The position numbers and the translations under genes were made by a program. Source: Paecilomyces variotii (taxonomy: Eukaryota). From it: a stretch of 64,000 bases of DNA. The notes below the pieces were generated by a model. The model made no database searches and was not told the origin of the DNA. It was given only the letters and a program-made list of their open reading frames with translations. This document shows positions 63,105 to 64,000 of the stretch, one piece after another. Location of the stretch: NCBI GenBank assembly GCA_004022145.1, contig RCNU01000012.1, one strand, 5' to 3'. Each line of letters opens with the position of its first letter. Position 1 is the first letter of the stretch.

Positions 63105-63721
63105 ATATTGCTCTTTCTTCTCCTAGCCACTCCATCGGGCGCTATGCCTACAGCGCCAAAGTGTCCACCTCTGCGTCTCCAGGAGACGCGACGATTTCAT
63201 ATTTTTGGGTAAGTTACTCTTCCTTCCTTCCCTAGATTATAAGCATTAATAAATATTAACTAATATATAATCAGGCCGACAAACAAATCTGTCGCTCATA
63301 TCTTCGCATTCGCGGCAAGCCTAGTAATAATGTTAGTAGGCGCAGCAGTGGCGTTCCGAATGTATGTACTCCGTACTTGATTCTTCACTTCTCAAGTACC
63401 GGTACTGATTGATTGTTTCTAGGATGCGCTTGCCCCTAATCAGCTATGAGAACGTGTGGTACTTAATTGCCCTAAGCTGCTTTATATATCCAGTACTAGT
63501 ACTAACTAGGGTTTCTTAGGGCGAGTGTGCGGAGCGTCGGTCGTTGTTGTCGTGGTTGTCTTTGTCGTTGGCGGGGCGGGGGGGCGGGGGGGAAGAAGGA
63601 GGAGACGGGGGGGGACAATCCGGGGACGGGGGGGGCAGAATCCGGGGGAGCCGACGGGGGGGCCGGCGGGGGGGGGGGGATAATGGGGGGGACGAGGATG
63701 GGGGGGCGCAATAGGGGGTAG
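63105..63721 (+). pseudogene. Tandem paralog copy 2 with start codon ATG->ATA; TM segment followed by Cys-rich and Gly-rich tail
   Basis: Exons 63105-63208, 63275-63361 (87 nt, same as copy 1), 63423-63458, 63520-63721 stay in frame (142 codons). 'HIFAFAASLVIMLVGAAVAFRM' aligns with the copy 1 TM, and the introns are homologous to copy 1. Confidence 0.5.
63570..63718 (+). repeat. Extremely G-rich low-complexity tract (multiple G5-G11 runs)
   Basis: Read directly; encodes the Gly-rich tail of copy 2 if expressed. Confidence 0.85.
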
Positions 63722-64000
63722 TAGTTAGGTATTATTAATATTATTTATCGGAAGTCGACTAGACGACTCGACCAAAAAGGAGAACTCCTCAGAGGTCTGG
63801 TCCTAGCTGGATCTAACACATTATTCAATTCGCATGTTTTATTGCACCTATAGTCTTTTCTCCAAGTTGATAGAACAGTAATCATAAGCCATAATATCCC
63901 AGGCCCTCTGGTTTCTCTCAAGATCAAGAATCTCCGTAGTATCACGTTGATTTCTTCTTCGCTGACAGCAGATACAGCCTTCTCTGCAATGCATAAATAG

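Noticed and set aside
63745..64000. Possible 3' end of a minus-strand gene at the window edge
   Set aside because: Two frames are equally plausible and neither is recognisable; cannot be supported without the adjacent sequence.

Overview
Eukaryotic DNA from a filamentous ascomycete, most likely Eurotiales (Aspergillus/Paecilomyces/Talaromyces-like). This rests on short GT-AG introns with CTRAC branch points and on recognisable fungal proteins. Most of the window is conserved, intron-containing housekeeping and regulatory genes: VAC14 (5'-truncated), a ketopantoate reductase-family gene, a 77-aa spliced microprotein, ATM1, AIM24, tRNA-Ser(AGA), an MFS monocarboxylate-type transporter, a kinesin-10-like motor, SEC24, a Fus3/MpkB MAP kinase, a DUF1349 protein, a CAP59/GT69 mannosyltransferase, a divergent RRM protein, a small Myb/SANT-like factor behind a ~7.9 kb gene-free region, IWR1, an Nrd1/Mrn1 four-RRM protein, an Ecl1-family protein and DNA polymerase delta subunit 4. 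The last ~3.5 kb looks lineage-specific. It holds a tandem pair of small signal-peptide/TM genes with RIP-like transitions. Comparing the two copies shows a 7-nt insertion at a TA (TA-CTCCG-TA), the same 9-mer that occurs in TA-rich arrays elsewhere in the window, which suggests DNA-transposon excision footprints. I see no intact transposon, CRISPR array, secondary-metabolite cluster or clearly novel multi-gene system. Gene models were assembled by eye from splice signals, and family calls come from motif recognition, not database searches.
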